Assembly: GCA_963707025.1 (NCBI GenBank)
Contig: CAVPOM010000018.1
Span: 672,001-736,000, forward strand
Source: an uncultured Verrucomicrobiae bacterium
GTDB lineage: Bacteria > Verrucomicrobiota > Verrucomicrobiia > Limisphaerales > Palsa-1400
Length of the DNA stretch: 64,000 nucleotides
Direction: 5' to 3'
Below are positions 41,200 through 50,766 of this stretch, piece after piece. The notes under the pieces are model-generated. The model saw only the letters and a list, made by a program, of their open reading frames with translations, was not told the DNA's origin and made no database searches. Each line of letters begins with the position of its first letter. The stretch's first letter is position 1. The position numbers were made by a program, and so were the translations under genes.

Positions 41200-43540
41200 C
41201 GCCATTCCGTCCCTCTTGCGAACACATTTCATCTTGACTCTCGCCGGCCTCCTGTCCCTCGCCCCAGCCCTGCGCGCCCAGCAGCAATTCACCCCGCATC
41301 CGGCTATGTCTTTCCCGCCGGCGGCCGCCAGGGCGCTTCCTTCGAGGTCAAGGTGGGAGGGCAATATCTGGGCAGCGTCACTAACGCCTACGTTTCCGGC
41401 TCCGGCGTTCAGGCGGTGGTCAGCGAATACATCCGGCCCCTCACCCAGCAGCAGATCAACCAATTGCGCATGCAGCAGAAGGAGCTTCAGGACAAACGCG
41501 CCGCCGCCCAACCGGCCCGGAACGGCGCCCCGGCCGTCGCGGGGCAACCCCGCCCCACTTGGACCGCGGAGGATGCCAGGTTGATCGCCGAAATCCGCGA
41601 GAAACTCGCCCAGTTCCAAAAAAGAATGGCCAATCCCGTCATTGGCGAAACCGTCACCCTCAAAATCACCATCGCTCCCGACGCCGAGCCGGGCGAACGC
41701 GAGCTTCGCCTCGGCGCGCCCATGTCCTTGTCCCAGCCGCTGGTCTTTTGCGTCGGCCAACTGCCCGAAGTCAACAAGCCCGATCCGCCCGTTGGCGCCC
41801 CGCTCCCAGGCCCCAACCGCGCCGGAAATCCCAATGCCCAGCGGGCCGCCGCACCCGTGGAACCGCATATCGTTCTGCCCTGCGTGGTCAATGGCCAGAT
41901 TCTCCCCGGCGGCGTGGACCGTTACCGCCTCGATGCCGGCAAAGGCCAGAAGCTGGTCATCGCCGCCACCGCCCGCGAACTGATGCCCTATCTGGCCGAC
42001 GCTGTGCCCGGCTGGTTCCAAGCCGCCATCTCCCTTTACGACTCGCAGGGACATGAACTGGCCTACGCCGACCACTTCCGTTTCCATCCCGACCCGGTTC
42101 TGTTCTATGAAGTCCCCAGGGACGGCGAATACGTTCTCCAGATCAGGGATTCCATTTACCGTGGCCGCGAGGATTTTGTCTATCGCATCACCGCCGGCGA
42201 AGTGCCCTTCCTCACCGGCATCTTCCCGCTCGGCGGCCCGGCGGGCGCTCAAACTGCCGTCCAGGTGGCCGGCTGGAATCTGCCCGCCGCTAGCGTCACC
42301 CAGGATGACCGGGCCGTTGCGCCGGGCACTTACCCGCTTTCCGTGCATTCGGAGACCAATGTTTCCAACCACCTCCCCTTTGCCGTGGACACCTTGCCGG
42401 AAATTTTTTCTCGGGAAGGAAACCATTCCCAGGCCACCGCCCAACCGGTCACCCTTCCCGTCATCGTCAACGGGCGCATTGAAAAACCGGGCCAGTGGGA
42501 CGTCTTCCGCTTCCGAGGGCCGCGCCGGCGATGAAATCGTCGCCGAAACCATCGCCCGCCGGCTCGATTCCCCGCTGGATTCGGTCATCCGACTGACCGA
42601 TGCCGCCGGCAAACAACTGGCCTTCAACGACGACTTTGAGGACAAGGGTGCCGGCCTGCAAACCCAGTACGCCGATTCCTATTTCCGCGTCAAGCTGCCC
42701 GCCGCCGGCACCTACTACCTCTATGTGGGCGACGCCCAGCATCAGGCCGGCCCGGAATACGCCTACCGCCTGCGCCTCAGCCCGCCCCGGCCTGATTTCG
42801 AGTTGCGCGTCGTGCCTTCGAGCCTGACGGTGCGCGCCGGCATGTCCGTGCCCTTGACAGTCTATGCCCTGCGCCGGGATGGCTTTTCCAACGAGATCAC
42901 CCTGGCTTTGAAAGGTGCCCCTCCCGGATTCGCCCTGAGCGGCAGCACCGTCCCGGCCAATCAAGACCAGGTGCGGCTGACCCTGACCGCTCCGCCCCAG
43001 TCCGCCGACAGCCCCATCAACCTCACCGTGGAAGGCTTCGCCCGGATTCAGGATCAGCCGGTCATCCATCCGGCGGTCCCGGCGGAAAACATGATGCAAG
43101 CCTTTGCCTACTGGCATCTTGTTCCGGCGAAGGACCTGGAAGTTTCCCTTTCCAATCGCGGCCAGTTCCGGTTCCCCCTGAAACTCATTGATCCCGCCTC
43201 CGTAAGAATCCCCGCCGGCGGAAGCGCCGGAGTAAAAGTGCGGACCCCCGGCGTGCAATTCACCAACAATTTCCAACTCGAACTAAGCGATCCTCCCGAC
43301 GGCATTTCCATTGCAAACATCTCCGCCATCGGCACCGAAACCGAAATCACCCTCCACAGCGACGCGAAAAAGATCAAACCCGGCGTCAAAGGCAATCTGA
43401 TAGTCAACGTCCTGGCCAAGCGCCCGCAGCAGCCCGCCCGAGCCGGCGCTCCGGCCCGTGGCAACCAGTCCCCACCGCCCCTCGGCGTCCTCCCCGCCAT
43501 CCCCTTCGAAATCGTCTCCCCTGAGCTTTTGGCCAAGTGA
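41200..43540 (+). pseudogene. PPC-domain (pre-peptidase C-terminal) repeat protein, frameshifted
   Basis: LPCVVNGQI..GGVDRY, LPVIVNGRIEKPGQWDVFRF, LDSPLDSVIRL, YRLRLSPPRPDF; start approximate. Confidence 0.72.
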
Positions 43541-44582
43541 CGTAGAAAATGACAATACCATTAACTGACCCCGCCCTAATGGGTGACCCCTTTACTACCG
43601 AAAGCTTATGCCACAGACCTCATTGGAGAATTTTAATATGAATGACCAAAAACACAAAATCGTTGCGCTGGAAACCGTCCCCTTGGATCAAGCATTTCCA
43701 AACGAGGCACAGGACTTGACTCCATGGTTGGAGGAAAATATCGAAGCTCTTGGAGAACGTCTTGGCTTGAAACTCTCAATTGAGCAAAGAGAAAAGTCCG
43801 TCGGCGATTTCCGCGTGGATTTACTTTGCCAGGACGGTGACGGGCAAAAAGTCATCATTGAAAATCAAGTGGAGGAAACGGATCACGACCACCTAGGCAA
43901 GTTGCTCACCTACCTGGTAAATCTTGAAGCGAAAATAGCGATTTGGGTCACAAGTGATCCAAGAACGGAGCACCAACGGGTCATCGAATGGTTGAACGAG
44001 GCTTCGCCGAATGACACCGCCTTTTACTTAGTGAAGGTAGAAGCCATAAAAAGTGGTGAAAATACCATCTCTCCACTTTTTAGCGTGCTCGCAAAGCCCG
44101 ATAAACAGATTAAGGAAATTGGCGAAGTTAAAAAAGAATGGGCCGAGCGGCATTTCAAGAGGTTGGAGTTTTGGAAAAGTTTGCTGGAGCGTAGCAAAGA
44201 TAAAACGCCTCTTTTCGCGAACATTTCACCCGGGAAAGAGCATTGGATAGCAACGGGAGCGGGCAAAGCAGGAGTTGTGTTTTCGTACGCTATCCTCATG
44301 GACAGCGGGACGGCAGAACTTTATATTGACCACGATCACGATACTTGAGGTGGACCCCATCCTTTAGACCACGGAGCGCATGAAATAAGCGCGACTTTTG
44401 CCGATTGCTGTCATTACTAATTGTAGTTGACTACTGTTCATTCCGTGTTTCAAAACCCTTTCGAAAGAGAGAACGAGCGATGCGGAGCACTGCCCGTCCT
44501 CCCTCTCCGTTTTCTTAGGGTTCTCAACTCTACCGCCGCAGGCGGTCTGATTTCAAGCCTTTTCCTGCCGCCTGCCTCTCTG

Positions 44583-45437
44583 TCAAGTGCTGCGATCGCT
44601 CCTGCCTCTGGCAGGTTGCATCGCTTCCCATTTGGCCGGTTGGGCTCCATGCGTGCCGGGATCAAAATACGCGTCCGCCGGCGTCGCATAGCCCAACGCC
44701 TGGTGCGGTCGTTCCCGGTTGTAGCCGTCAAACCACCGGCCCAGTCCGCGCCCTGCCGCCAACCCGTCGCCATAGTCTTGCAAATAAATGTCCTCATACT
44801 TGGCGCTCCGCCACAGCCGCTCGATAAACCGGTTGTCCATCCAGCGACCCCGTCCGTCCATGCTCACGTCCACCCCCGCCGATTCCACCGCATCGATAAA
44901 CATCGGGGAGGTGAACTGCGATCCCTGGTCGGTATTGGAAATCAACGGCGCCTGACGCCCCGCCCGCAACGCCGCCTCCCAAGCGTCCACACAAAAGTCC
45001 GCCTCCAACGTGTTGCTCAAGCGCCATCCCAGCACGTAACGACTCCACCAATCCATCACCGCCACCAAATACATAAACCCAGTTGCCATAGGCACATACG
45101 TAATGTCCGAACACCAAACCTGATCCGGTCCCGTCACTGCCAAATTGCGTAACAGATACGGATAAATCTGGTGCCCCATCTCCCGCAGACTCGTCTTGGG
45201 CTTGGCGTAAATCGCCTCGATCCCCATCAACCGCAGCAGCCGCACCACCCGTTTGCGATTGATGGTCAAACCCTCCCGGCGCAACAGCACGGTCAGTTTG
45301 CGGCTGCCATAAACCGGGTGGTCCAAATGCATCTGGTCCAACCGCCGCATCAGCGCCAGGTTCTCCTCTGTCTCCGGACAGCACTGGTAATAATAACTGC
45401 CACGGCACACCGCCAGCAGCTCGCACTGGCGCCGCAC
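44583..45437 (-). CDS. IS3 transposase OrfB (integrase core)
   Basis: VWCSDITY, NTDQGSQFTS, DNRFIERLWRSAKYE. Confidence 0.93.
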   Translation of the reverse strand: MRRQCELLAVCRGSYYYQCCPETEENLALMRRLDQMHLDHPVYGSRKLTVLLRREGLTINRKRVVRLLRLMGIEAIYAKPKTSLREMGHQIYPYLLRNLAVTGPDQVWCSDITYVPMATGFMYLVAVMDWWSRYVLGWRLSNTLEADFCVDAWEAALRAGRQAPLISNTDQGSQFTSPMFIDAVESAGVDVSMDGRGRWMDNRFIERLWRSAKYEDIYLQDYGDGLAAGRGLGRWFDGYNRERPHQALGYATPADAYFDPGTHGAQPAKWEAMQPARGRSDRST

Positions 45438-45469
45438 GCTGAGCTGCGGATCGGGAGCGATTAAACATG

Positions 45470-45760
45470 TTAAAGCCCCAGTTGCCTGGACTTTTTTTTA
45501 AGCCAGTCCAAGTCCACCGTCAGTTGGCCAATCTTCTCATGCAGTTGGGCAATCAACTGTTCCTGATCCTCCGTGCGGGGTTGCCCGGGCTCAAACAATT
45601 CGGGCATGTGATCCCGAATCGTCGCCCGCCACTGCGTGACCTGCGCCGGATGCACCGCATACTCTCGCGCCAATTGCGCGACCGTCTTCAGCCCCACCAG
45701 GGCTTCGAATCCCACTTTGGCCTTGAAGGCCGCACTGTGTCTTTTCCGTTTTGCTTTCAT
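45470..45760 (-). CDS. IS3 transposase OrfA
   Basis: RKRHSAAFKAKV HTH; A-run slippery site in LDWLKKKS. Confidence 0.92.
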   Translation of the reverse strand: MKAKRKRHSAAFKAKVGFEALVGLKTVAQLAREYAVHPAQVTQWRATIRDHMPELFEPGQPRTEDQEQLIAQLHEKIGQLTVDLDWLKKKSRQLGL

Positions 45761-46371
45761 AAGTCTGCTCTTTCTTATCTACAGCAAACCGGCAAAAATC
45801 GAAACTTACCTGTGGTCTAAAAATAGGGGTCCAGCTCAACTGGCCGAGGCAATAAAGTCATATTCGATGCACTTTTCAAGGAAAAGGCAGAGATTGAGGA
45901 AGAAGTCGGTGGTCAGTTGGAATGGGAAAGGCTTGACGACAAACGAGCCTCACGCATCCGACGGCGTTTCACGAATGGTGGATTGTCCACAACCGATTCA
46001 TGGCCCGCGCTCCAAGATAACATGATTGACGCGATGGTTCGCTTAAACAAAGCGCTCCGCCCCCGACTTGCAAAGATTGAAATCTAATAACTCGAGAAAG
46101 GGGTTAGGTTTCATGAACATTGACATTTTCCCATGTTATCCAAATAGGGTCGCCTTCATAAAAACGCAATCGGCACATTGAGGTTTTGCCGATTGTCCGG
46201 AGATCGAAGGCATACTGAAAAACTTTCGGATTTGCCCCCTCATAAATCTCCGGGATTTTAGCCTTGCGAATTGCTTCGAGGCATCTTGCTTTCCAATCAT
46301 CGTCGCCGCGCATTTGTTCCCAAAAAATGCCGGAAATGTCACCCAATAATTTGCATTTGCCTTCCACAGCC

Positions 46372-47865
46372 TGAGGTGGACCCCATCCTTTAGACCACGG
46401 AGCGCATGAAATAAGCGCGACTTTTGCCGATTGCTGTCATTACTAATTGTAGTTGACTACTGTTCATTCCGTGTTTCAAAACCCTTTCGAAAAGAGAGAA
46501 CGAGCGATGCGGAGCACTGCCCGTCCTCCCTCTCCGTTTTCTTAGGGTTCTCAACTCTACCGCCGCAGGCGGTCTGATTTCAAGCCTTTTCCTGCCGCCT
46601 GCCTCTCTGTCAAGTGCTGCGATCGCTCCTGCCTCTGGCAGGTTGCATCGCTTCCCATTTGGCCGGTTGGGCTCCATGCGTGCCGGGATCAAAATACGCG
46701 TCCGCCGGCGTCGCATAGCCCAACGCCTGGTGCGGTCGTTCCCGGTTGTAGCCGTCAAACTACCGGCCCAGTCCGCGCCCTGCCGCCAACCCGTCGCCAT
46801 AGTCTTGCAAATAAATGTCCTCATACTTGGCGCTCCGCCACAGCCGCTCGATAAACCGGTTGTCCATCCAGCGACCCCGTCCGTCCATGCTCACGTCCAC
46901 CCCCGCCGATTCCACCGCATCGATAAACATCGGGGAGGTGAACTGCGATCCCTGGTCGGTATTGGAAATCAACGGCGCCTGACGCCCCGCCCGCAACGCC
47001 GCCTCCCAAGCGTCCACACAAAAGTCCGCCTCCAACGTGTTGCTCAAGCGCCATCCCAGCACGTAACGACTCCACCAATCCATCACCGCCACCAAATACA
47101 TAAACCCAGTTGCCATAGGCACATACGTAATGTCCGAACACCAAACCTGATCCGGTCCCGTCACTGCCAAATTGCGTAACAGATACGGATAAATCTGGTG
47201 CCCCATCTCCCGCAGACTCGTCTTGGGCTTGGCGTAAATCGCCTCGATCCCCATCAACCGCAGCAGCCGCACCACCCGTTTGCGATTGATGGTCAAACCC
47301 TCCCGGCGCAACAGCACGGTCAGTTTGCGGCTGCCATAAACCGGGTGGTCCAAATGCATCTGGTCCAACCGCCGCATCAGCGCCAGGTTCTCCTCTGTCT
47401 CCGGACAGCACTGGTAATAATAACTGCCACGGCACACCGCCAGCAGCTCGCACTGGCGCCGCACGCTGAGCTGCGGATCGGGAGCGATTAAACATGTTAA
47501 AGCCCCAGTTGCCTGGACTTTTTTTTAAGCCAGTCCAAGTCCACCGTCAGTTGGCCAATCTTCTCATGCAGTTGGGCAATCAACTGTTCCTGATCCTCCG
47601 TGCGGGGTTGCCCGGGCTCAAACAATTCGGGCATGTGATCCCGAATCGTCGCCCGCCACTGCGTGACCTGCGCCGGATGCACCGCATACTCTCGCGCCAA
47701 TTGCGCGACCGTCTTCAGCCCCACCAGGGCTTCGAATCCCACTTTGGCCTTGAAGGCCGCACTGTGTCTTTTCCGTTTTGCTTTCATAAGTCTGCTCTTT
47801 CTTATCTACAGCAAACCGGCAAAAATCGAAACTTACCTGTGGTCTAAAAATAGGGGTCCAGCTCA
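46372..47865 (-). mobile_element. IS3-family element, copy 2 (OrfA 47497-47787; OrfB with TGG>TAG at 46760-46762)
   Basis: Near-identical to copy 1; 3-bp duplication GCC at 46369-46371 and 47866-47868. Confidence 0.95.
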
Positions 47866-47929
47866 GCCATCCCACAGGAAATTGGAAAAAAGTGTTGGCT
47901 TGACCATTTGAACCTGCCACAAGGCAGGC

Positions 47930-49159
47930 ATGAAAAACAAAAAAATCAAACCAACACGGTCCCGGTTTAACGTTTTGCGCCAGATTTGCAATCTCATTCC
48001 TGCGCATGAAGTCTCCAAAATAGCGCGGGAGACCGGGGCTCTGGATAAGTCGCGCACCTTCAGTCCGTGGAGTCACACGGTCAGTTTGCTGGACGCGCAA
48101 CTCACCCATTGCATCGGACTCAACGATCTGTGCGACTCGCTGCAATTGCATTCCGGGCCGCTGTCCACTTTGCGCGGCGCCAGCGCCCCCAGCCGCAACG
48201 GCCTCTCCCACGCCAACCGGGAGCGTCCGGCCCAGATGGCCGAACAACTCTTCTGGCGGGTCCTGGAGCATTTGAAAGCACAGACGCCCGGCTTTGCCGC
48301 GGGCCAGCGCCGTGGCCCCGCCTTCCGTTTCAAGATGCCCATCCATGTGATTGATAGCACGACCATGGAACTGGTGGCCAACTGCCTGGACTGGGCCAAG
48401 CACCGCCGGCGCAAGGCCGCCGCCAAAACCCATATGCGGTTGAATCTGCAGAATCTTTTGCCCGGTTTTGTCATTGTGGACACTGCCGCCGAGCACGACA
48501 ACCGACGGGCGCGGGAACTGTGCGCCGACTTGAAGAGCGGCGAAATCGCCTTGTTCGACAAGGGTTATGTGGACTTCGGCCACTTGCGGGATTTGGACGG
48601 GCGCGGGGTCTTTTGGGTGACGCGGGCCAAGGAGAACATGGGCTATGAGGTGGTGCGGAAAATGCCCGCCTCCAGAGACCCGAAGATTTTGCGCGACGAA
48701 GTGATCGTCCTGAGCAACGAGAACAAACCCGCGCCGGAGTTGATGCGCCGGGTGGTGGCGCTGGTCGAGATTGATGGAGAGGAACGGGAAATGACCTTCC
48801 TGACCAACAACCTGGAGTGGAGTCCGCGCAGCGTGGCCGACCTTTACCGCTGCCGCTGGCAGATCGAAGTCTTCTTCAAACAAATCAAGCAGACCTTGCA
48901 GTTGGCGGATTTTCTGGGCCACAACGCCAACGCCGTGCGCTGGCAGGTGTGGACGGCGCTGTTGACCTACGTGCTGTTGCGCTACCTCAGTCACCTCTCC
49001 AACTGGGCGCACAGCTTCACCCGGCTGTTCACGATTTTGCGGGCGGCGCTCTGGGAGAAATATGATCTGCTCAATTTGCTGGCGTGCTATGGGACAGCAG
49101 GCGGCAGCTTTCGCCACTTGGCGCGGCCCGAGCAGGCGTATTTCCCCGGCTTCCAATAA
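47930..49159 (+). CDS. IS4-family transposase (DUF4372-like N-terminus + DDE)
   Basis: VIDSTT, LFDKGY, YRCRWQIEVFFKQIKQ. Confidence 0.93.
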   Translation: MKNKKIKPTRSRFNVLRQICNLIPAHEVSKIARETGALDKSRTFSPWSHTVSLLDAQLTHCIGLNDLCDSLQLHSGPLSTLRGASAPSRNGLSHANRERPAQMAEQLFWRVLEHLKAQTPGFAAGQRRGPAFRFKMPIHVIDSTTMELVANCLDWAKHRRRKAAAKTHMRLNLQNLLPGFVIVDTAAEHDNRRARELCADLKSGEIALFDKGYVDFGHLRDLDGRGVFWVTRAKENMGYEVVRKMPASRDPKILRDEVIVLSNENKPAPELMRRVVALVEIDGEEREMTFLTNNLEWSPRSVADLYRCRWQIEVFFKQIKQTLQLADFLGHNANAVRWQVWTALLTYVLLRYLSHLSNWAHSFTRLFTILRAALWEKYDLLNLLACYGTAGGSFRHLARPEQAYFPGFQ

Positions 49160-49799
49160 AGCTATGGGACAGCACACGCGCCCAAACAGGCGCATACCAA
49201 ACCCAAAAGCCAAACTCGGAAAAATCAAAATCTCATTTTACCCCGAAGACCAATTAAACCCTTGCAAATGAACAGGTCAGCACCAGACTTTTCCCCTTAT
49301 GAGACGGGTGTGTTTGCCTTCCTTTTTGTGATAGTAAAGACCGCGAACGATGGATTTAATCTCATTTTGAAAGCGAGCATAGTCCAACGTGATTTGTCCC
49401 GTTTCCTGTCCGCCGATCGAAACTTCTCGAAGGCTTGGCATGAATTTTGGGAGCAAACCAGGCCGGCGAACAAAGCTGCGGATAACGCTGTCAAACGTGC
49501 TCTTAACTAGTTCGTTGGTTCCTCCAGTACACAAGACAATGAACTTTATATATTCGTCGCGCCTACTTTTTCCACAATTATGTTCGTCGCAACTCGGAAC
49601 GGTGATCAGGCCCTTTCGATACTCTGCATCTTCTGGGAAGATGCATTTGGGAGGGACGTGTTCGAGTCCGGTGGCTGATTTGTTGCACATGTAACAGGTC
49701 TTCATCTTTAGAAAAGGAAAAGGGGTCGATCCCGCATAATCGCATATTCCAGTCTTCTTCCCGCATGGCGCAGCAGATTCGCCTTGCGGCGCAAACCTC

Positions 49800-50153
49800 T
49801 CAGGCCGCCGCTTCCAGGACAGCTTCGGGATGCCTTGCCGCGACTCGGAGGAGCACTTGGGCCGCTCCGCTGGGCGTGCGGCTGCCTTGTTCCCAGTGGT
49901 GCAGCGTGCGCACGCTGATGCCCAATAACCGGGCAAACCGGGTCTGGGACAAGCCGAGTTTTTCCCGCGTGGCCGCGATGCTCTTGTCCCAGGCCGTTTT
50001 CTGCGCGCGCCGAAAAGCCTTCGGGTCAATCGCCCGGCGCGTGAAGCCGCCCTTGCCGTCCGGCCGCACCTCCCAAACATTTGCCGGGGTGGCCATGCCG
50101 CGCTCCATCTTTTCCTTGGCGCGAATCATTTCATTAAGAGTGCGAGATTTCAT
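49800..50153 (-). CDS. XRE/HigA-like HTH protein
   Basis: TREKLGLSQTRFARLLGISVRTLHHWEQGSRTPSGAAQVLL. Confidence 0.85.
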   Translation of the reverse strand: MKSRTLNEMIRAKEKMERGMATPANVWEVRPDGKGGFTRRAIDPKAFRRAQKTAWDKSIAATREKLGLSQTRFARLLGISVRTLHHWEQGSRTPSGAAQVLLRVAARHPEAVLEAAA

Positions 50154-50169
50154 AAATGGGTCGCTGCCC

Positions 50170-50766
50170 TCAGAACTCCGAAAGGAGCGTCGGTTCCAGG
50201 CGGCGCTCGTAATCGCCGAGGTGCTTCCCATACAAAGGCCGCAAATCCACCACGGCCCCGGAATGGCTGAACACCTCAAAGAATTTCTCGTAGTCGCGTC
50301 CCCAGTAAACCATGGCGCAGGACATCGGAGCACCCTTGCCCTCGTCGCGGCCTTCGATCAAAAACCGCAGTCTCGTGTCGTAGAGGAAACAGATCGCGGT
50401 GGCGCGCCCGAAAACGTAATTCTTCCAGTGTCCTGTGTTGGTTGCGACCGGCACCAGGGCAATCACCTCGGAGGAGTGCTGCCGGTGGGCGGCCGCGCAC
50501 CGATACAGCCAGTGTTTTATCGAAGTGCCCCGCTCCTGATCAATGCCATAAGGCGGATTCACAAAGATGGTGGGAAAATCCCACGATTCTTTCAGGCCGT
50601 CCTGCTGCGGCAGACAATACCCAACGCGCGCGCCGACCACTGAATGTTCATTTGAGCACGGATCAAGCTCTATGTCGCCCCCAAACACCTTTTTAACAGA
50701 TGTGACATATTCCTTGGGTGTGCCCCAATCCTGACTGAGGGTGTTGATGGTGCGTCCTGCGCTCAT
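50170..50766 (-). CDS. Small DNA N6-adenine methyltransferase (phage Dam-like type)
   Basis: DWGTP, IELDPCS, FVNPPY, ALVPVATNTGHW, RLRF; ATG overlaps the reconstructed REase stop (ATGA). Confidence 0.85.
   Translation of the reverse strand: MSAGRTINTLSQDWGTPKEYVTSVKKVFGGDIELDPCSNEHSVVGARVGYCLPQQDGLKESWDFPTIFVNPPYGIDQERGTSIKHWLYRCAAAHRQHSSEVIALVPVATNTGHWKNYVFGRATAICFLYDTRLRFLIEGRDEGKGAPMSCAMVYWGRDYEKFFEVFSHSGAVVDLRPLYGKHLGDYERRLEPTLLSEF

Larger units (their letters stand above)
44346..45838 (-). mobile_element. IS3-family element, copy 1
   Basis: TG...CA ends with imperfect IRs (TGAGGTGGACCCC...TTTAGACCAC); 3-bp duplication ACT at 44343-44345 and 45839-45841. Confidence 0.95.
43608..46087 (+). 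pseudogene. DUF4268-domain protein with N-terminal NucS-like nuclease domain, split by IS3
   Basis: RVDLLC...IIENQ...DHDHLGKLLTY; frame resumes after the IS at 45839 (TGRGNKVIFDALFKEKAEIEEEVGGQLEWERLDDKRASRI...) to a stop at 46087. Confidence 0.88.
46365..49312 (+). mobile_element. IS4-family element copy A, left end interrupted by IS3
   Basis: Ends CACAGCC|ATCCCACAGG and CTTATGAGACGGGTGTG; 9-bp duplication TTTGCCTTC at 46356-46364 and 49313-49321. Confidence 0.92.
46104..49705 (-). pseudogene. HNH-like Zn-binding nuclease gene split by IS4 (with nested IS3)
   Basis: MKTCYMC...EHVPP...VPSCDEHN N-half (49705-49313) joins in frame to ...EGKCKLLGD...EGANPKVFQY...RLRFYEG (to 46104). Confidence 0.82.

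Noticed and set aside
37945..43540. Programmed frameshifting or phase variation
   Set aside because: Too many scattered shifts with no consistent slippery motif; sequencing error is simpler.
44346..47865. Tandem IS3 copies as an assembly duplication or composite transposon
   Set aside because: Different target duplications (ACT versus GCC) and two sequence differences.
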